Below the pieces are notes generated by a model that was given only the letters and a program-made list of their open reading frames with translations, made no database searches and had not been told where the DNA came from. From Acidobacteriota bacterium (GTDB lineage Bacteria; Acidobacteriota; CAIWXX01): DNA of 64,000 bases. Below, piece after piece: positions 30,087 to 41,039 of this stretch (within the stretch, counting starts at the first letter, position 1; each line of letters begins with the position of its first letter). A program made the position numbers and the translations under genes. The stretch is taken from contig JBFMAF010000004.1 of assembly GCA_040755995.1 (NCBI GenBank), positions 70,117-134,116 of the forward strand, given 5' to 3'.

Positions 30087-31925
30087 ATGCGCGAGCAACA
30101 TCGGAGGGGATGGATCGGGATCATTGTCGCTCTTCTGCTCTCAACGTCCGCCGTGACTCCGGAGGAGTCCACGCAGAAGCAGTTTGTTGCGGAGGGCGTG
30201 CTGCCCCCGGTGGCGCCGTGGAACGGGAAGAGCCGCGCGCTCCTCGTGCCCGCAGAGGATCCGTGGGCCACGCCGTTCGAGAGGAGCGACTGCGCTCTGT
30301 CTCCGTCGTATGACGAGACGGTATCGTGGCTGCAGCGGGTTGCCAAGGCTTCGCCATTCGTCCACATGATCTCCATCGGGAAGAGTGCCGAAGGGCGCGA
30401 CATCTGGATGGTGGTTGTCTCGAAGGAACGGGACGTTACGCCCCAGGGGCTCCGCAAGAGCGGCAAGCCGGCGCTCCTGGCGCAGGCTGGGATCCATCCG
30501 GGTGAGATCGACGGCAAGGACGCCGGGATGATGCTCGTGCGCGACATGACCGTGCGTAAGACGGAGCGCGAGCTGCTAGAAGGCGCGAACCTGCTCTTCG
30601 TCCCGATCTTCAATGTCGACGGGCACGAGCGCAGCTCGAGATACGGTCGCATCAACCAGCGCGGGCCCGAAGTGACCGGCTGGCGGACGACGTCGCACAA
30701 CCTCAACCTCAACCGCGACTACACGAAGCTCGACACCCCCGAGATGCGCGCAATGGTTGCGGCACTGCGCTGCTGGGACCCGGAACTATATCTGGACATT
30801 CATGTGACCGACGGCATCGACTATCAATATGACGTCACGTTCGGATACAACGGGCGCCACGCCTATTCGCCGGCAATCGCCGGGTGGCTCGATCGTTTCC
30901 TCTCCCCTGCGCTCACGAATGACCTGACCGCCATGGGCCACATCCCCGGGCCTCTCGTATACGCCCTGGACGCAACCGATCTCTCGAAGGGAATCGTCGG
31001 GTGGACGGCGGGGCCGCGCTATTCCAACGGCTTCGGTGATGTGATCCACCTGCCGACGGTTCTCATCGAGAATCATTCGCTGAAGCCGTTCGGCGAGCGC
31101 GTACTCGGCACGTACGTCGCCGTCAAGAGCATTCTCCGGACGCTGGCGGCGCAGGCTCCTGAGCTACGCAACGCGATTGCCGAGGACCGGGCGCGGCGGA
31201 GCAGCCCGATCGTGCTCGAGTGGGAGCCAGCCGAGACTCCGCCCGAGATGATCGATCTGGCCGCCGTGGAGCAGAAGCTGGAGCTGTCGCCGGTCAGCGG
31301 CGGTGTGCACGTCGAATGGACCGGGCGGCCCGTGAGTCTCCGCGTGCCGTACGTCCGATTCACGAAGCCGAAGACGGTGGTGGCGCGGCCGGCGGCGTAC
31401 TGGATCGCGCCGGCGTGGGATGATGTGATCGATCGCCTCAAACTCCACGGGATTCGGATGCAAACGATGGATGAGCTGCGCGAGGTGGACGTGGAGATGT
31501 ACCGGATGAGCGAAGTGAAGCTTGCGAGCGAGCCGTTTGAGGGCCACGTGGCCGTCACATCGTCGCAGAAGATCGAGAAACGGCGGGAGAGACTTCCGGC
31601 GGGCAGCGTGCGGGTCCCGACCGACCAGCCGCTCGGCGATCTAGCGGTAATGCTTCTCGACCCTCAGTCCCCCGATTCCTTCTTCCAGTGGGGGTTCTTG
31701 CTGGAATTCCTCGAGCGCACGGAGTACGCGGAGGAGTACGTAATGGAGCCGCTGGCGGCACGGATGCTGGCGGATGATCCTGATCTCGCCAGGGAGTTTA
31801 CCAGGAAGCTGGCGGATGACGAGTCATTCAGGGCGAGCGCCGCCGACCGGCTCGACTGGTTCTACCGGCGCACGCCCTACTTCGACGATCGATGGCGGCT
31901 ATACCCGGTGGCGATCGAGAGGTGA
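30087..31925 (+). CDS. M14 zinc carboxypeptidase
   Basis: GIHPGEIDG, NVDGHER, NLNRDY, DIHVT; signal peptide. Confidence 0.9.
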   Translation: MREQHRRGWIGIIVALLLSTSAVTPEESTQKQFVAEGVLPPVAPWNGKSRALLVPAEDPWATPFERSDCALSPSYDETVSWLQRVAKASPFVHMISIGKSAEGRDIWMVVVSKERDVTPQGLRKSGKPALLAQAGIHPGEIDGKDAGMMLVRDMTVRKTERELLEGANLLFVPIFNVDGHERSSRYGRINQRGPEVTGWRTTSHNLNLNRDYTKLDTPEMRAMVAALRCWDPELYLDIHVTDGIDYQYDVTFGYNGRHAYSPAIAGWLDRFLSPALTNDLTAMGHIPGPLVYALDATDLSKGIVGWTAGPRYSNGFGDVIHLPTVLIENHSLKPFGERVLGTYVAVKSILRTLAAQAPELRNAIAEDRARRSSPIVLEWEPAETPPEMIDLAAVEQKLELSPVSGGVHVEWTGRPVSLRVPYVRFTKPKTVVARPAAYWIAPAWDDVIDRLKLHGIRMQTMDELREVDVEMYRMSEVKLASEPFEGHVAVTSSQKIEKRRERLPAGSVRVPTDQPLGDLAVMLLDPQSPDSFFQWGFLLEFLERTEYAEEYVMEPLAARMLADDPDLAREFTRKLADDESFRASAADRLDWFYRRTPYFDDRWRLYPVAIER

Positions 31926-32045
31926 CAGCCGGCCTCTCGGGGGCCGGGACCTCCTCCTCCTCCTCGTTCGATCTGTTTCGGGCGTCCAGTCCCTGGGCAC
32001 AAGCCCGGGTCCTCTCGGTGGCTCGATCAGGCGTCGTTCGGGCGA

Positions 32046-32441
32046 TCAGGAGAACGGATCGAGCAGGGCGATGCCGCACTCGTCGAAGTCTCGCGTATTT
32101 CGCGTAACGAGCGTCAGCTGGCGGACCTGGGCCGTCGCCGCGATGAGCATGTCAGCCTGCGTACGCTGGCGCCCGCGCTTGGCCAACAGGCCGCGGATCT
32201 GGCCGGCCCGGACGGCCACTTCCTCCTCCACCGGGCAGATGGTGCAAGACGCTGCGAAGAAATCATCGAACCACGCCTGCACCCGTGGATTCGGCTTCCA
32301 CGTGAGGCCGTACGAGATCTCTTCCAACGTGATCACACTGAGGAAGATGCCGGTGACCGTGCGCGCCCATGCGGCTACACCGGCGTTGGGACTCCGCCCG
32401 GCCAGCTCGCTGATGACGTTGGTGTCAACGAGATAGTTCAT
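32046..32441 (-). CDS. vapC: PIN-domain toxin (VapC)
   Basis: YLVDTNVISE, DMLIAATA, LVTRNTRDF. Confidence 0.92.
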   Translation of the reverse strand: MNYLVDTNVISELAGRSPNAGVAAWARTVTGIFLSVITLEEISYGLTWKPNPRVQAWFDDFFAASCTICPVEEEVAVRAGQIRGLLAKRGRQRTQADMLIAATAQVRQLTLVTRNTRDFDECGIALLDPFS

Positions 32442-32715
32442 GCCCGAACGCGGCAGATGCGCTTCGCCTGTTGCGTCGTTTCGGCGTCTTCAGCGTGTAG
32501 TCCTCCTCGGACTCGATCTGCCGCAGCTCCTCAAAGGCCGCCGCCAGAGTGCGCCGCTTCGTCTGTTCGTCCCACGCCCTGAACTGCTCGAAGGTCCCGC
32601 CTTCCACGACGACGGCCACGAGCCGATCACGATTGTAGATCAGCTGAGGTTCAGCAGCCGCCTGCCGCAGCAGGTCCGAGAACCTCTGCTTGGCTTCGCC
32701 GACCTTCCACGTCAC
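32425..32715 (-). CDS. Phd/YefM antitoxin
   Basis: WKVGEAKQRFSDLLRQA...PQLI; overlaps the toxin start. Confidence 0.88.
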   Translation of the reverse strand: MTWKVGEAKQRFSDLLRQAAAEPQLIYNRDRLVAVVVEGGTFEQFRAWDEQTKRRTLAAAFEELRQIESEEDYTLKTPKRRNRRSASAAFGHELSR

Positions 32716-32753
32716 AGGCCACCCTCCTGCAAAATGGTCTACTTATCATATCC

Positions 32754-32782
32754 AATATAGACTAGACATTTGTCCAAGTCAA
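32754..32782 (-). promoter_or_regulatory. Sigma70 promoter of the phd-vapC operon
   Basis: TTGACT-17 nt-TATATT, with GTCTA/TAGAC half-sites nearby (possible autorepression operator). Confidence 0.65.
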
Positions 32783-32873
32783 CGGAGCCCGGATGTGATG
32801 GTTTGCCCTTGGTGATTCACCCCGCGAGCCAGCCACCGACCGAACGACATCCGGTCCCGGCGCCATCCTCCGA

Positions 32874-33581
32874 TTATGCTCTCGCCGCGCCGGCGCGCAG
32901 CGCTTCCTTCAGCGCGGCTCTCGCCAGCAACCGCGTCGAATCCAGGGTGGGCAAAGGGCAGTCGTTAGGATCGACGATGAGCGGGATCTCGGTGCATCCC
33001 AGAACCACGGCATCGCACCTCCGGTCCTTGAGCTTTTTGATCACCGTGTTGAAATACAGCCTCGACTCCTCTTTGAAGACGCCGTTGACGAGCTCTTTGA
33101 ATATGATCGTATCGATACGCTCCCGATCGGACTCGTCCGGGATCACGGCGGCAACTCCCAGTTTCCGGAGGGTCTCGGGGTAGACGGGGCCCGTCATCAG
33201 GTACTTCGTTCCCGTGACGCCGAGGGTTCGGAACCCTCGCGCAAGCCCCTCGCGGCCCACTACCTCGGCGATATGAAGCCATGGGATCGGGGAGTTGGGC
33301 GCGACGAGCGCAAAGGCCTGATGAATCGTGTTGTCGGGGCAGATCGCAAGCTCTGCGCCGATTTCGGCCAGCTTGCGGGCCGATGACAACATCAACTTGG
33401 CAACAGCGATCCAGTCCCCCGAGCGTATGTGAACCATGTACGTGCCCAGCGGGTGGGTGTGCATGGACACCTCGGGATGCATGTGCTCGCCCATGAGCCC
33501 GGGCGCCTCTGCGCAGAGCGTGCGGTAGCACAGCGCTGCGCCCTCCGCGCTGCATGCGACGATTCCTATGTGTTTCGCCAC
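32874..33581 (-). CDS. Aspartate/glutamate racemase family protein
   Basis: ICPDNTIH and LGCTEIP catalytic Cys motifs; GTG start. Confidence 0.9.
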   Translation of the reverse strand: MAKHIGIVACSAEGAALCYRTLCAEAPGLMGEHMHPEVSMHTHPLGTYMVHIRSGDWIAVAKLMLSSARKLAEIGAELAICPDNTIHQAFALVAPNSPIPWLHIAEVVGREGLARGFRTLGVTGTKYLMTGPVYPETLRKLGVAAVIPDESDRERIDTIIFKELVNGVFKEESRLYFNTVIKKLKDRRCDAVVLGCTEIPLIVDPNDCPLPTLDSTRLLARAALKEALRAGAARA

Positions 33582-33686
33582 TCGTTCCCTCTCTCCATCA
33601 AAGCTCATGCCGACATGCGCGCGTGTCCGGGCGCCAGACGGCGCGCGTCTGCCGGGTGCGAAGTTCAATTCGTTGGGCATGGCGTG

Positions 33687-34016
33687 CTACCTGCAATAGT
33701 CCCTCTCCACCTTCGCGACCCTCACCACATAGTCGTGATACCAGGTCCTCTTGCCGGACTCCTGCGCAACTCGATGCTCTGCGTGGCCCCTCCAGTTTCG
33801 GATCGCCTCCTCAGTCTTCCAGTAGGACACGGTGATCCCCAGGCCATCAGCCGCCCGAACGCTTTCTACACCAAGGAACCCAGGCTGCTGCGACGCCAAT
33901 TCCACCATGCGCTCAGCCGTGGTTGCGTAGCCGTTATCGCCTTCGGTTCGGCGAGAAGAGAAGATGACCGCGTAATAGGGAGGCTGCGGAGTTGCAGCGA
34001 AACCTGCGGATGACAT
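33687..34016 (-). CDS. Antibiotic biosynthesis monooxygenase (ABM) family protein
   Basis: PPYYAVIF, QPGFLGVES, GITVSYW, EHRVAQ. Confidence 0.9.
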   Translation of the reverse strand: MSSAGFAATPQPPYYAVIFSSRRTEGDNGYATTAERMVELASQQPGFLGVESVRAADGLGITVSYWKTEEAIRNWRGHAEHRVAQESGKRTWYHDYVVRVAKVERDYCR

Positions 34017-34117
34017 TTCATACCTCCATCACCGTTGTCACGCGGCAGGGCGGAGGCCGGCAGCCCGGCACTGATTCCGTGGCCCGAACAGGTCGTCATC
34101 GCGGCCACGACCGTCAT

Positions 34118-34612
34118 TCACGCTTTCCATCGCTCGACCTGCCGGCGATGGCGGAGCAGGTGCACGATCGCGTGCTCGAGCACCATCTCGGGATCGTAGA
34201 TCGGTCCCCATCGAACCTGGAACTTCAGGCTCTCCGCCGCCGCCGGATTCTCGTACAACCCTTCGAGTGACTCCTCGGTGTACTGCATGGACTCGGCCAA
34301 CCGCGCCCGGACCGCCGCCGGGCCAGGCAACTCCTTCGCCTCTACGACGAACTGGTCGACAAACGGCATACCGCGCGCCCGGCGGATGTAGTCCGCGTAG
34401 CGGTGCGCTGCGCCGACGACGTGGGCGCAGATCGCCTGGATCGACACGGTATTGGGATCGTCACTTGGGCGGACCTGCACGTACGCCTGTGGTGAGATGG
34501 CCTCGATCACGCGGCAGAAATCCTCCGCCGCGCGCGCGTACTCGTCCATGACGGCGCCGAACGGGCCGGAAAGCCCCGGTCTCCTGATGAATCCGTAGCC
34601 CGGTGTACTCAT
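34118..34612 (-). CDS. DinB/YfiT-like protein
   Basis: SIQAICAHV and EHAIVHLLRHRRQ His motifs. Confidence 0.8.
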   Translation of the reverse strand: MSTPGYGFIRRPGLSGPFGAVMDEYARAAEDFCRVIEAISPQAYVQVRPSDDPNTVSIQAICAHVVGAAHRYADYIRRARGMPFVDQFVVEAKELPGPAAVRARLAESMQYTEESLEGLYENPAAAESLKFQVRWGPIYDPEMVLEHAIVHLLRHRRQVERWKA

Positions 34613-34777
34613 CGCTTCTCCACTCCTCCTCCACATCTTACCATGCAGCCGCTTTGGTGGTTGCAGCGGCCGATCGCCATGCGATCTGGTCTCTGCAGGG
34701 CCACATTGAAGCCGCGTCGGCCGAGCCCAACCACGCTCTGCTGCGGCGATTCCGCCGAAGTCCGGAGATGAATCCGC

Positions 34778-36766
34778 TCAGTCGCCCCCGGATAGCGTAA
34801 GCAGTGAGAGCGCCGGCAAGCTGACATCTGCAGTGCCCGATCGAACCGGGACGGGCGGCAGCCGGATCATGCCGCCGGCCGGCCCGGAGCGGACGGCATC
34901 CAGGGTCTGTGTGGAAGCCGGCAGTCCGCTGATTTGCGCGCTCCGCGTGGCGCCGAGATTGGCGACATGCAAGACGTACCGAGTGCCGGAAGTAGACTCG
35001 CCGCGGAACGCGACGAACAAGACATCGTCGATGTCGGATGCGGTCTCGAGACCGATGGCCGACTCGGGCGTCAGGTTGCCGAGGTGCTTCACGAACCAGT
35101 ACCTGGCGGTCGGGACAAGGCGCGAGCCAGCCTGGTCGAACAGGCCGTAGTCGGAGGTGTACTCCCAGAGCAGCGTCCCGCGCGGGCGCGCGTAGAGAAG
35201 TAGCTCCATGTAGTTGCGCAGGTCGTCGATCGCGTAGCCGAAGGTCTGGATGTAGCCGGGGAACATCCAGGCCCCGGCGTCGGAGCCGACTTCGGTGACG
35301 AGAAGCGGGAGGCCGTGCAGCTCGGCCAGGTCCGCCCACTCGCCGTATTCGGAGGGCGATGCTCCGCCCCACGAGTGGAACGCCGCGGCGCCGACGTACT
35401 TCATGGCTTCAGGATCGCTAGCGGCCGGCAGGGCATACGCGGCGCCGCCCTGCGCAGTGCAGGTGTCCCCGAGGAGCAGCCGCGTCTTCAGCCCGATGCG
35501 CGCGAAGTGCGCGCCGACTTTCTTGATGGCGTCGCGATGGCCGCGCGATGAGAAGAGGACGTAGACTCCGCAGTCAGGCTCGTTGAATGAGAAGTACTCG
35601 GGCTCGACACCGTACTGGTTCTTCGCGTAGGCGAGATACGAGCCGATGCATTCGAGCGCCTCCGGCCAGGCCGCCGCCGGAAGTGTCGTGCCCGGCTTGG
35701 GATGCAGCCATTTCGGCAGGTTCCAGACAGTTGCGATGAGCGGCGCACCGCGCCCCTGAAGCTCCTTCATGAGCAGGAGATCGCGCTCGATGTCGCTGCC
35801 CTCGCCCGCGCGGCTCGCGAGATATTCCCAGTTCGTCACATCCGGCGATTCGTTGTCGTTGCGCGGTTCCCACTGCCGAAGCCTCATGACGTGCCGCGCC
35901 CATGCGACGCGGAGTGTATCGAGGTTGTGCCTGGTCTGAGGCGACTCGACCTCGTAGTGGAAGTTGCCGCCACATCCATCGAACAGATATCGCGAAGACG
36001 CGGGATAGATTTTCAAGTGCGCCGGCGTCTTGTCGGGGCTTCCGGCGAGGCGGAGCGTCGCGGCGATCGAGGCGCTCTCTCCGGCCGGCAGCGAACCATC
36101 ATGAAACTCGAAGAGCAGCTGATACGCGTCGCCGCCCCATTCGCGATCATCCTGGATCCAGAAGTCGTCGCTCTTGCGGCCGAACCCGACGTCGAGCACA
36201 AGCGAGGAATCCGCATTGCGGATCTCGGCGCCGTCGCCGGTCGCCCAGAGCAGATGCGGCTCAGGAGGCTTGTCGACCGGCAGCTCAGCAGAGCCCTGCT
36301 CGACGCCATTGAGGCTGAGGCTGCACTGCCCGCCCGCGAAAACCTCGATCGGCAGTGTGACAACGAAGTAGACACCTTCGAGCGGAGCGCTCGTACGCGA
36401 GGTAACGCTCGCGGAGAGATGCACTGTCCCGCCGGTCTCGCGCGCCGCCTGCCTGTAGTCGAAGCGGTTCTTGCCGGCGGAGAACTGTCCCGTCCAGATC
36501 GTCACATTGCCGCTCTTCCGCATCTGGACATTCTCGACCGACCAGATGTTGCCCGTGTCCGCAATCGAGCCCCAGCCTTTCGAAGGGACCCAGAGGTGCG
36601 CAGCGATTGGAACGTGCTGGCCCTGAAGGCACATCGACCGGACGTTGCCAGGCCCGTCGTGGAAGGCGAGCGGAAGCGCCTGCGTCTCGGCCGAGGCAAT
36701 TGATGACGATCCCGCGAGCGCCGTGAGCAGCGCGACAGCGACGACTGCCAATGGACGTAGTCCCAT
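34778..36766 (-). CDS. Secreted clan GH-A glycoside hydrolase (GH30/GH39-like)
   Basis: Signal peptide; FNEPD acid/base and VTE nucleophile motifs; C-terminal beta-sandwich. Confidence 0.65.
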   Translation of the reverse strand: MGLRPLAVVAVALLTALAGSSSIASAETQALPLAFHDGPGNVRSMCLQGQHVPIAAHLWVPSKGWGSIADTGNIWSVENVQMRKSGNVTIWTGQFSAGKNRFDYRQAARETGGTVHLSASVTSRTSAPLEGVYFVVTLPIEVFAGGQCSLSLNGVEQGSAELPVDKPPEPHLLWATGDGAEIRNADSSLVLDVGFGRKSDDFWIQDDREWGGDAYQLLFEFHDGSLPAGESASIAATLRLAGSPDKTPAHLKIYPASSRYLFDGCGGNFHYEVESPQTRHNLDTLRVAWARHVMRLRQWEPRNDNESPDVTNWEYLASRAGEGSDIERDLLLMKELQGRGAPLIATVWNLPKWLHPKPGTTLPAAAWPEALECIGSYLAYAKNQYGVEPEYFSFNEPDCGVYVLFSSRGHRDAIKKVGAHFARIGLKTRLLLGDTCTAQGGAAYALPAASDPEAMKYVGAAAFHSWGGASPSEYGEWADLAELHGLPLLVTEVGSDAGAWMFPGYIQTFGYAIDDLRNYMELLLYARPRGTLLWEYTSDYGLFDQAGSRLVPTARYWFVKHLGNLTPESAIGLETASDIDDVLFVAFRGESTSGTRYVLHVANLGATRSAQISGLPASTQTLDAVRSGPAGGMIRLPPVPVRSGTADVSLPALSLLTLSGGD

Positions 36767-36950
36767 CGCATCTCCTCTCGCCATGAAGAGCCCCAAGCGC
36801 CGCGAGTGCCATCCCGCCGACTGCACATCCAACTGCCGCTGCTTTCCGCTCATCCATGGACGCCTCTCAACGATCCCGTGCGCGCTTCCACACGGGTTCG
36901 TCCAGCTATTGTGGTTTCCAGATAGACCCTGCTCTTGGGTTTCCTGCGAG

Positions 36951-36979
36951 ATAATACGCCGCGTAGAAAACCGCGTCAA
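36951..36979 (-). promoter_or_regulatory. Sigma70 promoter upstream of the GH gene
   Basis: TTGACG-17 nt-TATTAT on the minus strand. Confidence 0.55.
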
Positions 36980-37125
36980 CGTGCGTGCAACCAAGGGTCA
37001 ACCAAGGGGTGCATCAACGGAAAGTGGGGGGTCTCAGCGGCTACGGCGAGGGATTCCCTCGAAGATCTCTTCATCTTCGACGATGAGCATGGCGACCTGG
37101 TGAGTCTCCGAGAGCGCCGGGCGAT

Positions 37126-37262
37126 AGAGAGCTTTTCAAGGTGCTGTCCGTTGGAACACGGGTGCGGATGATCGATCTGTTGAAACGTCGATCCCTTTGC
37201 GTAAACGCTCTAGCCCGCGCCTTGGACATCACCCCTGCAGCCGTATCTCACCATCTTCGCCA
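37126..37262 (+). pseudogene. Truncated ArsR-family HTH remnant
   Basis: ELFKVLSVGTRVRMIDLLKRRSLCVNALARALDITPAAVSHHLR, then similarity ends before the wing. Confidence 0.7.
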
Positions 37263-37371
37263 TTCAGGCCTGAGCCGCGGCGTGCCTGGTCTTGCAACAA
37301 ACGGGCGCGGCATACGTAACGAATCCATGGAGGGTCAAGAACAGATGTTGCAGCTGCTTGTGAGCCGTCAC

Positions 37372-38898
37372 ATGCCGAAATCCAGGAATGGGATTCTCAT
37401 TCTGTCAGTCTGTTCCTTTCTACTGGCGGGCGCATTCGCTGGCGACTGCCAGGTCCCGGCGGAACAGGGAAAAGACAAGGTGGCGCCACGGGAATTCGTT
37501 TCTCACCACAGGATGACATTCGAAAAGGAACCGATGAGCTACACGGCTATCGCCGGCGAAACCATTCTGGAGGACAGGGAAGGAGCACAGGAAGCCTGCA
37601 TCTTCACGATTTCGTACATCAAGGAAGGGGTTGATCGCCCGGAGACTCGGCCGATCACGTTTCTGTTCAACGGCGGGCCTGGGTCGAGCGCCGTCTGGCT
37701 GCACCTGGGCGCATTCGGCCCACGGCGCATCGCCCTTGCCGGTGAACCGGGGAATCCCGGTGCACCGCCCTATCAGCTGGCGGACAACCCGCATTCCCTC
37801 CTCCGTTATTCCGATCTGGTCTTCATCGACCCGATTGGGACCGGCTATAGCCGCGCCCTGGGGAATCGCAAGGACGGGGACTACTGGGGTGTGGATGAGG
37901 ATTCCGCAGTCCTTGCGAGATTCATCAAGACCTACTTGACGGCAAAGCGGCGATGGAACTCGCCGAAGTACCTGGCTGGCGAGAGCTACGGCACAATCCG
38001 CGCCAGCCTGCTGATCCGGGACCTGGAGTTGAATCTGCTCGAAAGCGTGGCCTTCAACGGCGCGATTCTCTTGTCCCTGGCCTTGGACGTGCGTACGTTT
38101 CTGTTCGGGGAGCCCGGGAACGAGCTACCGTACGTGATTGATCTCCCGACGTATGCCGCGACCGCCTCCTACCATCGCGCCCTGCCGGAGCAGCCGTCAG
38201 ACATCGACGCTTTCCTTCATGAGGCGCAGGACTTTGCCTCATCCGAGTATCTGGCCGCGCTGTTCAAAGGGGACTCGCTTCCGGCCGATCAGCGGCGGGC
38301 AATCGCCGAGAAGCTGCATCGGTTCACGGGTTTGAGCACGGACTACCTGATGCGCAGTCATCTCAGGGTTGACCAGGGGCGTTTTCTGAAGGAGCTGCTG
38401 CGCAACCGCGGCCAGGTGCTGGCCGGGCATGACACACGGTACACAGGCAAGGACCCGGATGACGTGGGCGAAAGGGTTGAGGACGATCCCTTCCTCCTCG
38501 GAATCGGGGGCCCGTTCGTGGCAATGATCAACAATTACCTGGCCACGGAGCTTGAAGTCAAAATCACGGAGCCTTACAAGGTGTTCTCAATGGAGGCGGC
38601 TCAGGGATGGAAGCGCGCCGGGGACAGCTCCCACGCCTTCGCCGGGTTCCTGAACACGACACCCTACCTGGCAGAGGCGGCCGCGACCAATAAGGACTTC
38701 CGCATCTTCGTAGCCAGCGGAATACACGATCTCACGACCGCCTACTACGGAACTCAATATGTTCTGGATCACAGCGGCATAAGTAAGAGCCAGGTGACGC
38801 TGAAGAACTACTTCGGCGGGCACATGATGTACCTGCATCTTCCCACGCTTCAGCAGATGTCCATGGACATCGGGGCGTTCATGAAGACTGCTCGTTGA
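37372..38898 (+). CDS. Serine carboxypeptidase S10 family
   Basis: FNGGPGSS, DPIGTGYS, GESYG, GHMMY; signal-like segment after the ATG at 37372. Confidence 0.92.
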   Translation: MPKSRNGILILSVCSFLLAGAFAGDCQVPAEQGKDKVAPREFVSHHRMTFEKEPMSYTAIAGETILEDREGAQEACIFTISYIKEGVDRPETRPITFLFNGGPGSSAVWLHLGAFGPRRIALAGEPGNPGAPPYQLADNPHSLLRYSDLVFIDPIGTGYSRALGNRKDGDYWGVDEDSAVLARFIKTYLTAKRRWNSPKYLAGESYGTIRASLLIRDLELNLLESVAFNGAILLSLALDVRTFLFGEPGNELPYVIDLPTYAATASYHRALPEQPSDIDAFLHEAQDFASSEYLAALFKGDSLPADQRRAIAEKLHRFTGLSTDYLMRSHLRVDQGRFLKELLRNRGQVLAGHDTRYTGKDPDDVGERVEDDPFLLGIGGPFVAMINNYLATELEVKITEPYKVFSMEAAQGWKRAGDSSHAFAGFLNTTPYLAEAAATNKDFRIFVASGIHDLTTAYYGTQYVLDHSGISKSQVTLKNYFGGHMMYLHLPTLQQMSMDIGAFMKTAR

Positions 38899-39049
38899 GA
38901 AGAAGCCCGAATCAGACGATATCGTTGAGCTCGGTCGCTGTCGTTGCGAGCGCCCTTCTCTCGCCGACCCCTGTCGAAGCGCGCACGAGGTGGGCGAGGC
39001 TGGTGGGCGGGGTGGGAACCGCCGACCATGCACACGCAGGGTGCGCCAC

Positions 39050-39450
39050 GGAGACGGCTTCCGCAAAGACGAGAAGGCTCATCTGGTCCGCACGACCATC
39101 GTCAGCGTGATGAGCACAGCGGATCAGATCTTCGCACGGATGTGCGCGGCCATGGTGCAGGAAGGGCTGTTGGTCTGCTGGGCGAAGTGCGCAAGCCCAT
39201 TCGAGAACTCTCCGCCGTCGAACTCACTCTCGGGCCGCGTGCTCTTCGAGAGGCGATCGCTGCACTTCGAAACTGCTACGCGGAGCACGCGGCACGGATG
39301 AACTATCCACGCTATCGACGTCTCGGTCTCAGCATCGGCTCAGGGGCCAACCCGCGTGCGATGGCGCCGCGTGAGCGAGCAACGCGACCTCGACAATGCA
39401 GGCCATCATCCACGGCAGGCAGGCTGCAATGAAGCCACAGGACTTGTGGC
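39050..39450 (+). mobile_element. Degraded ISKra4/ISLre2-like transposase remnant
   Basis: RMNYPRYRRLGLSIGSG matches the RMxYxxYRxxGLPIGSG C-terminal motif; frames are broken. Confidence 0.6.
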
Positions 39451-39533
39451 ATTGTGGGCGGAAGCGGGGACCGGCGCACATCGCAGCCATGCCTTCCGTG
39501 GAACTCGGGCTCGTCGACGCGCTTCAGGCCACC

Positions 39534-41039
39534 TCACTTGCACTTGAGGAGCGGTTTGGTGATGGTCGATGTCGTACCGTTCCCTGCCCCGTCGGTCGCC
39601 GTGATCGTCACGCGCACGGTCCACCCTTTTCCGTTCGGGTAGACGTAGATGTCGTTGCCGACGACGTCGTAGACGCCGTTGCCGTGCACGGGGTTGCCGC
39701 CGTTGTTGAAGACCTGGACGTCGTCGATAGTGATAGTGCTGGACTCAGTGCAGTTGTCGGTCGCGCCGGCGGTCAGCTTGTTCGCGGACTTCTTGCCTTT
39801 GCCCACGGTGACGCAAACCGGATCGGTAAGTGTCGGCGTGGGGACGGTGTTGTCGACCACAGTCACCGTGGCCTGGCAGCTATCTGATTCGGCGTGCTCA
39901 TCGGTCACGGTAAGGGTCACGGTGTGCTCGCCGAGCGAGAACGGCCCCGTGTTGTCGAGCGAAAGCGTGATGTCGTCGCCATCGGGATCGTAGGACCCGC
40001 CGTCGACGTCGCTCGGGGCGATCGTCGCTTCGCAACTCTCGTCCGCGGACACCTGCACGTCCTGGCAGACGGCCACCGGTGGGTTGTTGGGGGGGACTAC
40101 CGATGTCGGCTGCCAGTCGGGGGTACTGTCGGCTGCCGGGGTGGTGGTCAGCCGTATCACCCCGCTGCCGTTGGCGTTCATCACGTAGATGTCGCCGTTG
40201 CCGGGCTGGTCCCGGTCGCTGAGGAGCACGATCTTGGTGCCGTCGGGCGACCAGGCGGGGAGCCCCTCGTCAGCGGCCGGGTTGTTGGTCAGGTTCGTCC
40301 GGCCGCTGCCGTCGGCGTTGATCACGTAGATGTCAGCGCGGCGGCCGAAACCGAAACCACCTCCATACGCGATCTTTGTTCCATCCGGCGCCCAGTTGGG
40401 GCCGTCTACAAGCAGCCCATCGGTCGGGGTCAGTCGCGTCTGGCCGCTGCCGTCGGTATTCATCACGTAGATTTCAGAAGGGCCGGCACCTCGTACGAAC
40501 GCGATCATCGAACCATCCGGTGACCAGGATGGCGACACGTCAGGTACGGAGTTGGTGGTCAGCCTGGTCTGTCCGCTGCCATCCGCGTTCATCACGTAGA
40601 TCTCGGCGTTGCCGTCCCGGTCGCTGTAGAAGGCGATCTTGGTGCCATCGGGCGACCAGGCGGGGCCGAAATCACCCGCAGGATTGGCGGTGAGCCTGGT
40701 CTGAGCGCTCCCATCGGCGTTCATCACATAGATCTCGCAGTTGCCGTTCCGGTAGCTCCAGAAGGCGATCTGGGTGCCATCGGGCGACCAGGCGGGGTCT
40801 TAGTCGGTCGCCGAAATGTTGGTCAAGCGCGTCACGCCGCTCCCGTCGGCGTTCATCACGTAGATCTCGTAGTTGCCGTCGCGATTGCTGGCGAAAGCGA
40901 TCAGGCCGTTCGTTCCAGGAAAGGCGGCCTGGCCTGTGGCCGGGAGCATCATCAATGACAGCAGAATGGGAAGTGCGAACCAGACCAATTGCGACACGAA
41001 GGCGGACCATCCGGTCCGCGGGGTACCCTTGGCGTTCAT
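39534..41039 (-). pseudogene. TolB-like PD40-repeat secreted protein with Ig/HYR-like tail, interrupted by an in-frame TAA (40800-40802)
   Basis: PAWSPDGTKIAF...[11 protein letters not shown] repeats continue in the same frame across ACC GAC TAA GAC CCC. Confidence 0.8.

Noticed and set aside
34063..34075. GCCCGGCACTGAT shared with ~46146-46158 as a recombination site
   Set aside because: A 13-mer match is expected by chance at this GC content.
37141..38898. ArsR-HTH fused to the S10 peptidase as a novel fusion
   Set aside because: The HTH is truncated and a signal-like segment follows the ATG at 37372; an in-frame remnant is the simpler explanation.
40800..40802. Stop-codon recoding in the TolB-like gene
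   Set aside because: The codon is TAA at a non-catalytic repeat position; no Sec/Pyl rationale.
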